NCBI GenBank assembly: GCA_046761065.1
Contig: JBHIFL010000030.1
Coordinates: 1 to 47,156, forward strand
Origin: Candidatus Heimdallarchaeota archaeon
GTDB taxonomy: Archaea; Asgardarchaeota; Wukongarchaeia; Wukongarchaeales; JBHIFL01
DNA: 47,156 nucleotides
Direction: 5' to 3'
In this document: one piece after another, positions 8,593 through 18,227 of the stretch
Layout: each line of letters opens with the position of its first letter
Position numbering within the stretch: the first letter of the stretch is position 1
Made by a program: the position numbers and the translations under genes
The notes under the pieces: generated by a model
What the model was told of the DNA's origin: nothing
Seen by the model: only the letters and a program-made list of their open reading frames with translations
The model's database searches: none

Positions 8593-9732
8593 TTACTTGC
8601 TCTTCTTCGTTCTTGCTGCTATGCTGGATACAATTCCTATGGAAGCTACGATAATCGCGATTAACCCTATGCTCGATAGTTCTGGCACGGTAGTAACACT
8701 TACACTTTGGCTTACGACCGTGAGCGTCTTCCAACTCGATGTTATGGCCTTGAATCCGTGGTCATCTTCGTTTCCTCCTTCAAAGACAGCTATAGCAAAG
8801 CTTATCTCTGTGTCCGTAGGGAAGTCAACGTCGTAGTTGGGGTCGGGTGCTGCCAGTGTTCTCTGCGTCTCAACTGTCCAAGTTGACCCATCGTGATATC
8901 CCTTAGCAGTAATAACGTTTCGATCGCCGAAGGTTGGTAGAAATCCCATGATGTTGTATTCGCTGTCGCCTTCATGGTATCTTGCGGTGGTGTTGATGAA
9001 TTCATTGTCTGCTAGGGAGTGGGGATGGGAGGCTACTGTTAGTTTTGTGGCACCCGGTGTACTCGCAATCGCTAGTCCTTCACTGGTGTAGTACACCACG
9101 TCGCCGACCTGCCCACCGAGCTGGGTAAGGTTAAAATTTCCTGCCCAATCCTCTTTATAGTAGCTTGTATCAGAGTAGACTGCAGAATTTGGCGGTACAC
9201 CGTATTGCTCGGTACTTGCCAAGTTGAATGTGATTCCTCTCCGACTCACGTAGGTAAAGTTTGCTCCTCCCGAATCGGTTCTAGCTGCCTTCCAATGCCA
9301 CTCATCCGCGATTCCGGCGAGCATCGCGCTGTTAGCCGCCATGCAGGGGATGGCTGAACTGGGCGTAGTTTCCATCGAAATCATAAGTGCTACTCTGTCT
9401 TCCTTTCCTACCGTCTTGTCGTTACTCTTTGTGCTGTCTGACCAGTGAAACTTCCAGAAAATGTCTGTTCCGTCATGCGCTACCTGTACTTCCACAGAAC
9501 TCACGTAGTTATCTTTGGTACCTGGAGTCTTTGAGAGAGTGAAGGTCTGAGTCGGAACCTCTGCCCAAAACGACTCGGTAGTCATTCCGTCTACCGTTAT
9601 GGGTCCTGTTACTTTGTATGCTGTCACATCTGGGCTTGTCTGGGCAGCTACTGATCCATTAAAGTAAAAACCTACGGCCAGAATACCCACAAGCAGTAGG
9701 AGAATCCCTGCAGGTTGGATCTCTTTTTTCAT
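8593..9732 (-). CDS. Secreted heme b-binding DOMON-like (ethylbenzene dehydrogenase gamma / EB_dh) protein with C-terminal membrane anchor
   Basis: Signal peptide; ITVDG..E..W, FHWSD, EDRVALM, DEWHWKAART, WTVE..RTL motifs; candidate Met and Lys heme ligands; VPEL-TM-basic tail resembling PEF-CTERM. Confidence 0.8.
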   Translation of the reverse strand: MKKEIQPAGILLLLVGILAVGFYFNGSVAAQTSPDVTAYKVTGPITVDGMTTESFWAEVPTQTFTLSKTPGTKDNYVSSVEVQVAHDGTDIFWKFHWSDSTKSNDKTVGKEDRVALMISMETTPSSAIPCMAANSAMLAGIADEWHWKAARTDSGGANFTYVSRRGITFNLASTEQYGVPPNSAVYSDTSYYKEDWAGNFNLTQLGGQVGDVVYYTSEGLAIASTPGATKLTVASHPHSLADNEFINTTARYHEGDSEYNIMGFLPTFGDRNVITAKGYHDGSTWTVETQRTLAAPDPNYDVDFPTDTEISFAIAVFEGGNEDDHGFKAITSSWKTLTVVSQSVSVTTVPELSSIGLIAIIVASIGIVSSIAARTKKSK

Positions 9733-9764
9733 TTAAACACCTCCGGATTAACCTCTCATAAATC

Positions 9765-9817
9765 GATATAAATTTTTTGGATATAACTTAAATCGATGTA
9801 AACGTATCAGATATGAA
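9765..9817. promoter_or_regulatory. Four-box 15-bp-period operator array
   Basis: GATATAAA (9765), GATATAAC (9780), GATGTAAA (9795), GATATGAA (9810) upstream of the DOMON gene. Confidence 0.6.
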
Positions 9818-10007
9818 TATTGTCTATGCTTTCTGTAGTGATTTGTTTTTTACCTTATATAATAAATTTTGAGCCAATTTTTAAAGACAAACAAAAAATA
9901 ATCAGAGACATAAATTTTTTAGGTTCAACAAGTTTTTCTAGAAAAATAAAGAGCTATAGAGGCATTATTATTTATTGGTCATCATTGAAACTCTTATATA
10001 TGGTTCA

Positions 10008-10030
10008 GATATATCTATTAAAGATATAAT
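10008..10030 (+). promoter_or_regulatory. Operator pair upstream of the ABC-PadR operon
   Basis: GATATATC-N7-GATATAAT. Confidence 0.65.
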
Positions 10031-10116
10031 ATTATGAATGTATTGAACAGCTTTTTCTCGCCTCCGCAGCGAGCAACGCTGCTGACTAAGCCAACTTTAT
10101 GTGAGGTAGGTTAAGA

Positions 10117-10827
10117 ATGGAATCGAATGTCATTATCGAAGCTGAACATGTTGAATTCGCGTACACGAAGAATCAGAAAGTTCTGAAGGATGTCACATTT
10201 AAGGCGAAAACTGGCGAAATTGTGGGAATTTTAGGAGAGAACGGTTCAGGGAAGAGCACGCTCTTGAAGATACTTGTAGGAATTCTGAAAGAAGACCGGG
10301 GCAAGATCCAACTTTACGGAACACTGGGATACTGCCCTCAGGAGATCTTACTATTTGATTACCTCACTGTTACAGAGAATCTAGAACTGTTCGGAGCAGG
10401 GATGGGGCTTTCAAAGCAGTTCCTCAGTGAAAGGACCAAGGAGCTCATGAAACTTCTAAATTTCGAAAAATATGAAAATGAACTGGTTCGCAATCTGAGT
10501 GAAGGGACGAAGCAAAAGGTGAACTTTGCCATTTCGATCTTGCATGACCCAGACATCCTTCTCCTAGATGAACCCTACCAAGGATTTGATTATGATACCT
10601 TTCAGAGGTTTTGGGAACTTCAAGGGAAACTTCGCCAGCGTGGAAAAACCGTATTGATCGTGAGTCATCTGATCGAAGACCGAAGTCGATTGGATAAGAC
10701 CGTAACCTTGCGAAATGGGTTCTCTATGCCGTGTGACCCAGATTGTACCTGTTCTTCTTGTTTGCAACTTAGAAGGCGAAGGATTGCGACGGGTTCAGCT
10801 GTATCGGAGGAGAGGGAATCAGAATGA
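10117..10827 (+). CDS. ABC exporter ATP-binding subunit with Cys-rich tail
   Basis: GENGSGKS, LSEGTKQK, LLLDEP, VSH; tail PCDPDCTCSSC. Confidence 0.92.
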   Translation: MESNVIIEAEHVEFAYTKNQKVLKDVTFKAKTGEIVGILGENGSGKSTLLKILVGILKEDRGKIQLYGTLGYCPQEILLFDYLTVTENLELFGAGMGLSKQFLSERTKELMKLLNFEKYENELVRNLSEGTKQKVNFAISILHDPDILLLDEPYQGFDYDTFQRFWELQGKLRQRGKTVLIVSHLIEDRSRLDKTVTLRNGFSMPCDPDCTCSSCLQLRRRRIATGSAVSEERESE

Positions 10828-11645
10828 CATATCTACTTACAAGTACAATGATCGCAGATGCAAGCCCTCTTCAGCGGTTCAGAGTGATCTGTCGCCTCAT
10901 GATGAAAGAATTTTTTCGAAATCGCTTTGCGATCTTCACCATGCTCCTGCTCCCGATCTTCACTCTCGTCATTGCTTTTGTAGCTACTAAGGACGTCCTG
11001 ATGCTCGTGGCACTCGACAGTGGGGAAGTGATTTCAATCAGTATGCTGGAGGTTCACGTAGTTACTGCTACCTTGACGGGCATTGCCATAATGACTGCGA
11101 TGGCAGGGTTCTATATCACGATAAGCTCCGCAAAGAGGGATCGTCGACTTTTCCTTTCAGGATATAGAGCAATTCATATCGTAGGAGCCAAGGCTCTGAT
11201 CTGTGGTGTGGTTCTTTTAGCGGGCTCCTCCCTCGTGTATTCATTAACGGTGCTCTTTGTAAGCCCAAAAAATCACCTGATTGCTTATGGGGCTGTATTA
11301 CTAGTGGGCTTTGTCTATGTTTTCTTGGGAATCTTGGTGGGGTCATTGGTTCCGAGAGAGTTTGAGGGGTCATTACTGGTGTTGTTGATCTCGTTCATTG
11401 ATACGATGCTAATCACCAACCCCATGAGTTCAGGGTCTTATAGAACACTTTTCAGCAAGATGTTTCCAGGTTATTCTCCCGTGCAGATAATGTTGGAGGC
11501 CACTTTCACGCCTCCGGTCTCAAATCTGGTTTTCCCAACAGCTGGATCGTTGCTATACACCCTAGTTTTGGGGATAGCGGCGCTTTGGATTTTTTGTAAA
11601 AGGAACAAGATTGCACGAAAAGGCACTCTTAGGAGGTATGCGTAG
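10824..11645 (+). CDS. ABC-2 type permease
   Basis: About 6 TM; ATGA overlap with the ATPase gene. Confidence 0.85.
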   Translation: MTYLLTSTMIADASPLQRFRVICRLMMKEFFRNRFAIFTMLLLPIFTLVIAFVATKDVLMLVALDSGEVISISMLEVHVVTATLTGIAIMTAMAGFYITISSAKRDRRLFLSGYRAIHIVGAKALICGVVLLAGSSLVYSLTVLFVSPKNHLIAYGAVLLVGFVYVFLGILVGSLVPREFEGSLLVLLISFIDTMLITNPMSSGSYRTLFSKMFPGYSPVQIMLEATFTPPVSNLVFPTAGSLLYTLVLGIAALWIFCKRNKIARKGTLRRYA

Positions 11646-11647
11646 AA

Positions 11648-12493
11648 ATGTTGCCGGGAGAACGCAGGATTCACACAACAAGAGGAGCTCGGACGAGAAC
11701 AATTCTTCTCTTACGGATGCTTGCAAGGGATTTCTTGCGGCAGAGAACCATCCTGCTATTTTCGTTGTTTTTTGTCAGCATCCTGCCACTGGTCGGGTAC
11801 ATCGTCGTGGACGCGGATGCGCCGCCACTCCCATACTTACTTGATGGACAGGTCATCTTGGCTTCAGCGCGGGGACTCAGCACTCTGCAGATGACATTTA
11901 CGGGGATTGCGTTTGTCGCATCATTTGTTGGATTCTCTTTAGTCCTAGACTCCCACACGCTTGACAAACGATTGGTTACTGTGGGCTATCGACCGTTCGA
12001 AGTGATGAGGGCAAAACTTCTACTCCTCTTCAGCATTGTCCTCCCACTCTTAGCCTATACTTTCACCTTTAGTCTTCTATTCTATATCCCCACAGATTCC
12101 CTTTCTGTTGTTGTGGGACTTCTCCTCGGAGGCTTGATTTTTGGGGCTCTTGGCATCCTCTTTGGTCTGGTGTTCAAGAATAAGCTTACGGCAACGTATG
12201 CCATGCTCATCACCGTGGTGGTAGACGTGGGCTTTTTGGAAAGTCCGGTCTTCTCGGATCTCTATACCGCCAGATTTATGACTGTGATGCCTGGGTTTTA
12301 CCCGATGCGGTTGATCGTGGAAGCCGGATTCCAAACGGTTATACGCCCATGGGATCATATCATACATGGGATGGCTTATTTCAGCCTTTTAATGGTACTG
12401 GGTCTGGTGCTTTTCTGGAAGCATGCCTCCATTCAAAGAAGATGGGAGGAGGAGTGGGGTGATATACCCGGAAAAGCCAGTCCCACAGATTAG
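11648..12493 (+). CDS. ABC-2 type permease (second, paralogous)
   Basis: About 6 TM; shares D.RL...GYR and PG..P motifs with the previous gene. Confidence 0.85.
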   Translation: MLPGERRIHTTRGARTRTILLLRMLARDFLRQRTILLFSLFFVSILPLVGYIVVDADAPPLPYLLDGQVILASARGLSTLQMTFTGIAFVASFVGFSLVLDSHTLDKRLVTVGYRPFEVMRAKLLLLFSIVLPLLAYTFTFSLLFYIPTDSLSVVVGLLLGGLIFGALGILFGLVFKNKLTATYAMLITVVVDVGFLESPVFSDLYTARFMTVMPGFYPMRLIVEAGFQTVIRPWDHIIHGMAYFSLLMVLGLVLFWKHASIQRRWEEEWGDIPGKASPTD

Positions 12494-12507
12494 CTTACTC
12501 TATTGGG

Positions 12508-12969
12508 GTGATTAGTATGAGTATAATTGATGAAACGGAATTTCTTTCCGACTTTTCGCGGTTTCAGGTCCTCTTACTGCTTTACGAGCAGCCAAGGCAC
12601 GGCTATGACATCTTGAGTGAATTCCGGAAACGAATTGGGAAAGAGATCAGTCCGAGCTTGGTGTACCCCTTCTTGCAGCAACTTCAGGAGAAAGGTTTAG
12701 TGACCGTCTCGGTGAAGAAGATTGGGAAAAAAGAGAAGAAAGTTTATGAACTCACCACAGAAGGACAGACTTTGTGTGAACATCTGTTCAAGCGATTCTC
12801 TAAGCTGGTATCCACTGCAATTGAGCCAAATTTAGACACGTGTGCAAATTGTGGATCCAAAATCTTTGAAGGAAGTCATATCGAGACCGTCACAGGCCAA
12901 AAGATGGTTTTTTGTTGTGAACATTGTGCCAAGGCTTATCTAGTCGAACGAGGAATTTTAGGGGAGTGA
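12508..12969 (+). CDS. PadR-family transcription regulator with C-terminal TRASH-like metal-binding domain
   Basis: PRHGYDI, SPSLVYP.L, KVYELT..G; CANCG...FCCEHCA. Confidence 0.9.
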   Translation: MISMSIIDETEFLSDFSRFQVLLLLYEQPRHGYDILSEFRKRIGKEISPSLVYPFLQQLQEKGLVTVSVKKIGKKEKKVYELTTEGQTLCEHLFKRFSKLVSTAIEPNLDTCANCGSKIFEGSHIETVTGQKMVFCCEHCAKAYLVERGILGE

Positions 12970-13259
12970 AGTCTTGCGAAACTCATAGGGGGATGGGGAT
13001 ACATGTGTTCACATCGAACTTTTGATAGCGCTGTTGTACCCTCCTAAGCGATTGTAGAACAATTAGGATGAATTGGAGCATATCCAGCATGATATCAATC
13101 CCCTAGATCAGAGAAAAGTTATTTTGGAAGAAGACCAACCCGTATTTCCTTCAAGTAAGGCACGCATGACCAGCTATGTCTCTATTTGTAATAAAACTCC
13201 GTAATATGGATTATACCTTTAGCCTACAATTTGATAAGTAAAACCAATACTTTTTTTAA

Positions 13260-13297
13260 GATAGATCAAATTATGATATATCGATAAATAATATATC
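13260..13297 (+). promoter_or_regulatory. Three-box 15-bp-period operator array
   Basis: GATAGATC-N7-GATATATC-N7-AATATATC upstream of the Met-rich gene and copB. Confidence 0.7.
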
Positions 13298-13363
13298 TAT
13301 GAGAAAATGGAAAAACGTAAATGGTATTTGAATTTGTGTAAATCCTACGGAGGATTGAGATAG

Positions 13364-13813
13364 ATGAAAACGGAAATTAAAGAAAATTACAACGAGGGTG
13401 CATATATCTTATCCCTGCTTAGCGGCATCCTTATTGCACTCCAATCATTACTCTGGGGCTTTGGCTTTGGGATGATGGGGGGCATGGGGATGATGGGCGG
13501 GGGAATGTTTGGCCCCACAATGGGCAGTGGCTGGATGTATGACCATATGGTGGAAGAAATGGGAGAAGAATTCATCCAAGGCATCTGGTGGTCCGGGATG
13601 GGCAGCCTTTATTCTTGGTTGTTCGGTGCGTTCACGCTTGTGACCATCATCTTTGGAGTCGTCGTGATTTATGGCGCTACCCGGATCCGAAAAGGGGAAA
13701 GTAAGAGTGGAGGGACAATTGTGCTGGTCCTTGGTGTCCTTACCATCCTCCTCGGCACCTGGCTGGGAGGGGTACTCGCACTTCTTGCCGGGGTCTTAGC
13801 CCTGGGCGACTAA
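13364..13813 (+). CDS. Met/Gly-rich membrane protein, putative Cu(I)-binding
   Basis: GMMGGMGMMGGGMFGPTM..WMYDHM loop between TM helices; GGAGG SD; T-rich tract after the stop. Confidence 0.8.
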   Translation: MKTEIKENYNEGAYILSLLSGILIALQSLLWGFGFGMMGGMGMMGGGMFGPTMGSGWMYDHMVEEMGEEFIQGIWWSGMGSLYSWLFGAFTLVTIIFGVVVIYGATRIRKGESKSGGTIVLVLGVLTILLGTWLGGVLALLAGVLALGD

Positions 13814-13912
13814 AGTTCTTCTCTCCTTTTTTTGTCTTTTTTAAAAAAGTATTATTGATTAATTCAAAGTTCATCATTGCTTATATTCCAAAAATCACTT
13901 GAAGGGTTGTTT

Positions 13913-16162
13913 ATGCAGGATCCTCTTGAAACGATAAAATTGGAGATTCGGGATTATTTGTCTCCAGAGTGCTCTTGTAAGGTAGAAGATATGGTAAACA
14001 CGATTGAACATGTCACAGATTCTGCGTTTGATCCGGTAAACAATTTATTAATGGTTACCGTTACTACAGGCAAGGTTACTGCGGAAGATATTATAGCCAA
14101 GTTAAAACAGTGTGCGGTTCGGTGTGAACTGGGACGACCAGCTCATGAACAAGCGCATCGGGAACATGAAGCTATGAAAATGAAACATCCAGCCTTGCAT
14201 GATCACCATGCTATGATGGAGGCGGAGATGAAGCAACGCTTTTTCGTCACCTTACTGGTCACCATTCCTGTTTTACTGCTATCTCCCACGATCCAAAAAT
14301 GGGTTGGGTTCAGTCTTCCCGCCTTTCCGGGAGCTAGGTATCTGCTCTTTTTTCTGGCGACCCTTATCGCCGGGTATGGTGGGATCGTGTTCTATCGAGG
14401 GGCGAACAAATCCTTAAGACTCCGGGTCTTGGACATGAACGTTCTGATCAGCATCGCCGTTATCTCCGGGTATTTATATAGCGTTGGCGCGACCTTTTTC
14501 TTCGAAGCCGTCGACTTTTACTGGGAGATTAGTACTCTAGTTGTCTTTCTCCTCTTCGGGCATTGGATGGAGATGAAAGCCGTCCGAGGTGCGTCTGGAG
14601 CGTTAAAAGAACTGGTGAAATTGATTCCTCCCACAGCTAATCTGATAGAGAATGGGGAAGTGGTGGAAGTACCGACTTCTGAGCTTCAAGTCAACCACAT
14701 TCTTTTGGTCCGACCAGGGGAAAAAGTACCCATCGATGGAGTCGTCATAGAGGGCGAAACAAACGTCAATGAGGCGATGATTACTGGGGAGTCGAAACCC
14801 GTAAATAAAACCAGAGGAAGCGAAGTCATTGGGGGCACAATTAATGGTGAAGGTGCCATACGAGTTCAAGTAACAAAAACCGGTGAAGAAACCACCTTAG
14901 CGCAAATCATTAAGCTCGTCCAGGAGGCTCAAACCTCAAAGCCCCGCACTCAGAAACTGGCGGATCGGGCTGCACACTACCTGACCCTGGTGGCGATTTT
15001 AGTTGGTGGAGCCACCTTTGCGTTCTGGTGGGGCATCATCGGAACGGAAGGCCTTTTCGCCCTTACCCTCACTATCACAGTAATTGTGATTGCCTGTCCC
15101 CATGCATTGGGATTAGCCATCCCCACCGTCACCTCCATCTCCACCACCATGGCGGCTCAGAAGGGCATGCTGGTGAAAAACGCCGAAGCATTAGAACGCT
15201 CGAAAGAACTAGACATTGTCGTGTTTGACAAAACCGGCACCTTGACTAAAGGCGAATTTGGCGTAACGGATATCGTGGAAGTAGGAGACTGGACGGAATC
15301 CGAGCTGTTAAGCACCGCTGCGGCCATTGAAACTAACTCCGAACACGTCATCGCTAAGGGTATTGTCAAAAAAGCCCAAGAAGCTGGAGTTCATACCAAA
15401 AAGGCAAAGCAATTTGAGGCCATCCCTGGAAAAGGGGCTACAGCCTTCGTAGACGGGGAAGAGACCTACATTGGCAATGCGAACCTAATACGGCAATTAG
15501 GAATCAGTCCTGAGGCGCATGAAGAAGAGGTTGCGCGGCTTTCGTCTCAAGGCAAAACCGTGGTGTATATTGCCACCAAACAGGAGTTGCAGGGCTTAAT
15601 TGCGCTGGCCGATTTAATCCGAGACGAGTCCCGTGAAGCAGTCCGATCTCTCCGAGCCGTTGGGGTCGAAGCCGCCATGCTGACGGGTGATAATCGCCAA
15701 ACCGCAGAGTTCGTGGCCAAGGAGTTAGGCTTACACACCTTCTTCGCCGAGGTGTTACCCGAGGACAAAGCCCAGAAGATCAAAGAATTGCAAGGGCAAG
15801 GCAAACGGGTCGCCATGGTGGGCGATGGCATCAACGATGCCCCTGCCTTGGTTCAAGCCGACGTGGGGGTTGCCATTGGGGCGGGTACTGATGTGGCCAT
15901 CGAATCAGCCGATATCGTCTTGGTTAAAAATGACCCTCGGGACGTGGCTAAGCTCATCGCTCTCAGCAAGAAAACCATGCGCAAGATGCAAGAAAACTTG
16001 GTGTGGGCGACCGGCTACAATGCCGCCGCGATTCCCCTCGCCGCCGGAGCCCTACTGCCTTTTGGAATACAGTTACGTCCGGAATGGGCAGCTCTGATCA
16101 TGGCGGCAAGTTCTATTCTCGTGGTAAGCAATGCACTTCTGCTGAAAAGGGCGGAACTCTGA
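13913..16162 (+). CDS. copB: Copper-translocating P1B-type ATPase, CopB (P1B-3) type
   Basis: TGES, CPHALG, DKTGTLT, TGDN, GDGIND, YN, MAASS; His/Met-rich linker; N-terminal Cys-containing domain. Start taken at ATG 13913. Confidence 0.92.
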   Translation: MQDPLETIKLEIRDYLSPECSCKVEDMVNTIEHVTDSAFDPVNNLLMVTVTTGKVTAEDIIAKLKQCAVRCELGRPAHEQAHREHEAMKMKHPALHDHHAMMEAEMKQRFFVTLLVTIPVLLLSPTIQKWVGFSLPAFPGARYLLFFLATLIAGYGGIVFYRGANKSLRLRVLDMNVLISIAVISGYLYSVGATFFFEAVDFYWEISTLVVFLLFGHWMEMKAVRGASGALKELVKLIPPTANLIENGEVVEVPTSELQVNHILLVRPGEKVPIDGVVIEGETNVNEAMITGESKPVNKTRGSEVIGGTINGEGAIRVQVTKTGEETTLAQIIKLVQEAQTSKPRTQKLADRAAHYLTLVAILVGGATFAFWWGIIGTEGLFALTLTITVIVIACPHALGLAIPTVTSISTTMAAQKGMLVKNAEALERSKELDIVVFDKTGTLTKGEFGVTDIVEVGDWTESELLSTAAAIETNSEHVIAKGIVKKAQEAGVHTKKAKQFEAIPGKGATAFVDGEETYIGNANLIRQLGISPEAHEEEVARLSSQGKTVVYIATKQELQGLIALADLIRDESREAVRSLRAVGVEAAMLTGDNRQTAEFVAKELGLHTFFAEVLPEDKAQKIKELQGQGKRVAMVGDGINDAPALVQADVGVAIGAGTDVAIESADIVLVKNDPRDVAKLIALSKKTMRKMQENLVWATGYNAAAIPLAAGALLPFGIQLRPEWAALIMAASSILVVSNALLLKRAEL

Positions 16163-16356
16163 AACTAAAGATTGGGGTAAGTATAGATGAAGCGGTGAAA
16201 ACGCAGGCATGACCACACCAAAAATCGTTCCGCAATCTGTTCCTCTCCTCATAGGCAGAAGGAGTCACCTTCCCCAAGTGTAAAATTCTATGTCCCCTCC
16301 TCATTGGCGAAAAATTACCAGCATTATTGCGATTGTCCTCTTTATCTTATCTTATG

Positions 16357-16797
16357 TTAGTAGTTCGAAGAAGTAGATTCGTGCAGGTAAAACCATATTA
16401 AAACAGATAATATAAGGATCCCGGTGATAACACCTAGCCCTATTCCAAGGATGAGGAGAAAAGTTGCTGGAGGGAACCTACGTACCGTACTCAGGATTAG
16501 AGTGGCAAGAAAGAAGAGTAAGAGAATTCGGTAATTGGCTTTTGATAAAAGTAAGAGGCTGCCACGGGTTATTCTCTTCCGAAAAAATGCAATGGAAAGA
16601 CCAACTCCCAACCCTATTGTAATCCCTTGGAGTTGAGGGGTAATTAATAAGGAAAAAGCCATTGAGTTAATAAGTTGGAGCCCTATCCAATCACTGATCC
16701 CGAGACAGAGTGTTAAGAGTGCTAACAAGAAAGGCGGGTCAAGTTCCTGTCGGTTAGTCCGCGGAATTCCATTTGGTTTATTTTGATCCAATCTCAC
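16357..16797 (-). CDS. Hypothetical 4-TM membrane protein
   Basis: Hydrophobic ORF overlapping the 3' end of the ATP-grasp gene. Confidence 0.65.
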   Translation of the reverse strand: MRLDQNKPNGIPRTNRQELDPPFLLALLTLCLGISDWIGLQLINSMAFSLLITPQLQGITIGLGVGLSIAFFRKRITRGSLLLLSKANYRILLLFFLATLILSTVRRFPPATFLLILGIGLGVITGILILSVLIWFYLHESTSSNY

Positions 16798-17992
16798 GAA
16801 CCTCTACAAGGTGTTGAGAATCATCTAACAAATTTGAGAATACTTTTTCCCGTGATCTTCCGCTGGTAAGCAGGGTACAAACCGGATCACCTCTATTTAG
16901 GATGACACCTGGAAGTGATCGGTCAACCACTTGACTGTTTTTTATTTGGTGTGGAATTGAGCTCATCGGTCCGGTCTTTTTTGCGTAGATCACTGCTTTC
17001 CCGGCAACCCTGTTGGGGGTTGGTAGCGAATCTGGTAAGTCGCCTTGGCAAGCCTTCAGATGTAACTCTACTAGGTTGATGTCATATGCCTTTTCAATGA
17101 TTTCGAGGGTTCCTTGGAGGCGTGGGTTCAATTCCATTAGGAAGAGCTCATCCTTACAAATGACAAAATCGAACCCATTGCTACCCACTAGTTCCAGCTT
17201 GCTTCCTAACGACTCTAATGATGTCACGAGTTCTGGCTCCAATTGGCGTGCAAAAGGCGTGATATTTCCTGTGTACATGAATTCACTCGGAGCTCCGAAT
17301 GCCTTGAGCCCAACCAATTGTTCATTGAAGGTCACGACTCGGCACTCCTGTCCATTTCCGACGAGGCTCACACTCGCGGGGATACCGTCGATGAAGTCTA
17401 GAATGAACAAACAATTCCTCGTTTTTAGTATATGCGTTGCAATTGCTTTTACACTCTCTGTATTTTCGCATTTGTAGGTGTCAATGCCAGCACTGCCTCC
17501 TGCTGGTCGTAGCACAACCGGCAACCCTATCCCTTGGGCAATCTCGCAGGCTTCCTCAGGGCTCCTTGCCTGTTCCATCTGGGGGGCACTAAGGTTGCAT
17601 TTCTGTGCTAAACGGTAGAGAACACGTCGATCCCGTAGCTGTGGTAGTCGTTCAGGTGAATTCCCGACAAGGGGGCATTTCTTTGAGATTTTAGCCCAAC
17701 CTTCAAAATAATCGTCTAATCCGCTTCCTTGAATGATCCCATCGACCTCTTGTTCTTCTAACATGATCTGTGCAAGGGTCATTAAATACTCCTGTGCAGG
17801 TCGACCAAGTCGCCTCATTAGCGGCTGCCCTGGGCGCTGCCATAGGACCGAAAACACATCCTCTACTGCTAGTTTTAAATCTAGGTCACCAAAAAAATCG
17901 ATAACTGCGACCCGATACCCTGCGTTCTGAGCTGAAATTGCAATCGGCCTTGAATTAAATCCAATAATGAGGTATTTTTCTTCTGGTTGCAT
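16778..17992 (-). CDS. ATP-grasp carboligase (COG2232-like, H4MPT/methanofuran-associated family)
   Basis: GFNSRPIA.SA...GY..IDFFGDLD, GNITP, LVGSNGFDF, ELNPRLQGT, GDPVCT. Confidence 0.8.
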   Translation of the reverse strand: MQPEEKYLIIGFNSRPIAISAQNAGYRVAVIDFFGDLDLKLAVEDVFSVLWQRPGQPLMRRLGRPAQEYLMTLAQIMLEEQEVDGIIQGSGLDDYFEGWAKISKKCPLVGNSPERLPQLRDRRVLYRLAQKCNLSAPQMEQARSPEEACEIAQGIGLPVVLRPAGGSAGIDTYKCENTESVKAIATHILKTRNCLFILDFIDGIPASVSLVGNGQECRVVTFNEQLVGLKAFGAPSEFMYTGNITPFARQLEPELVTSLESLGSKLELVGSNGFDFVICKDELFLMELNPRLQGTLEIIEKAYDINLVELHLKACQGDLPDSLPTPNRVAGKAVIYAKKTGPMSSIPHQIKNSQVVDRSLPGVILNRGDPVCTLLTSGRSREKVFSNLLDDSQHLVEVREIGSK

Positions 17993-18227
17993 TAAGATCC
18001 CAAACGAATAGAGTTGTGAGATTATTATTTGATAATTCATTATATGATAGGGTTTTAGAAAGCGTTAGAAGCGAAGAGCAAAATTGATGCTTTCAAATTC
18101 ACAAATTGATTTGATATTATCATTCTTATTCATACTAGAAAGCTATTTAACCAACACTTTAGTCAATGTCAGATTGGTTTCATCTGATTGTAATAAAATT
18201 TAGGTCCATGAAGTGGAGGCAAAAAAT

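Noticed and set aside
9820-10029. AT-rich short ORFs (also 4122..4313)
   Set aside because: They fall in divergent promoter regions containing TATA and operator boxes.
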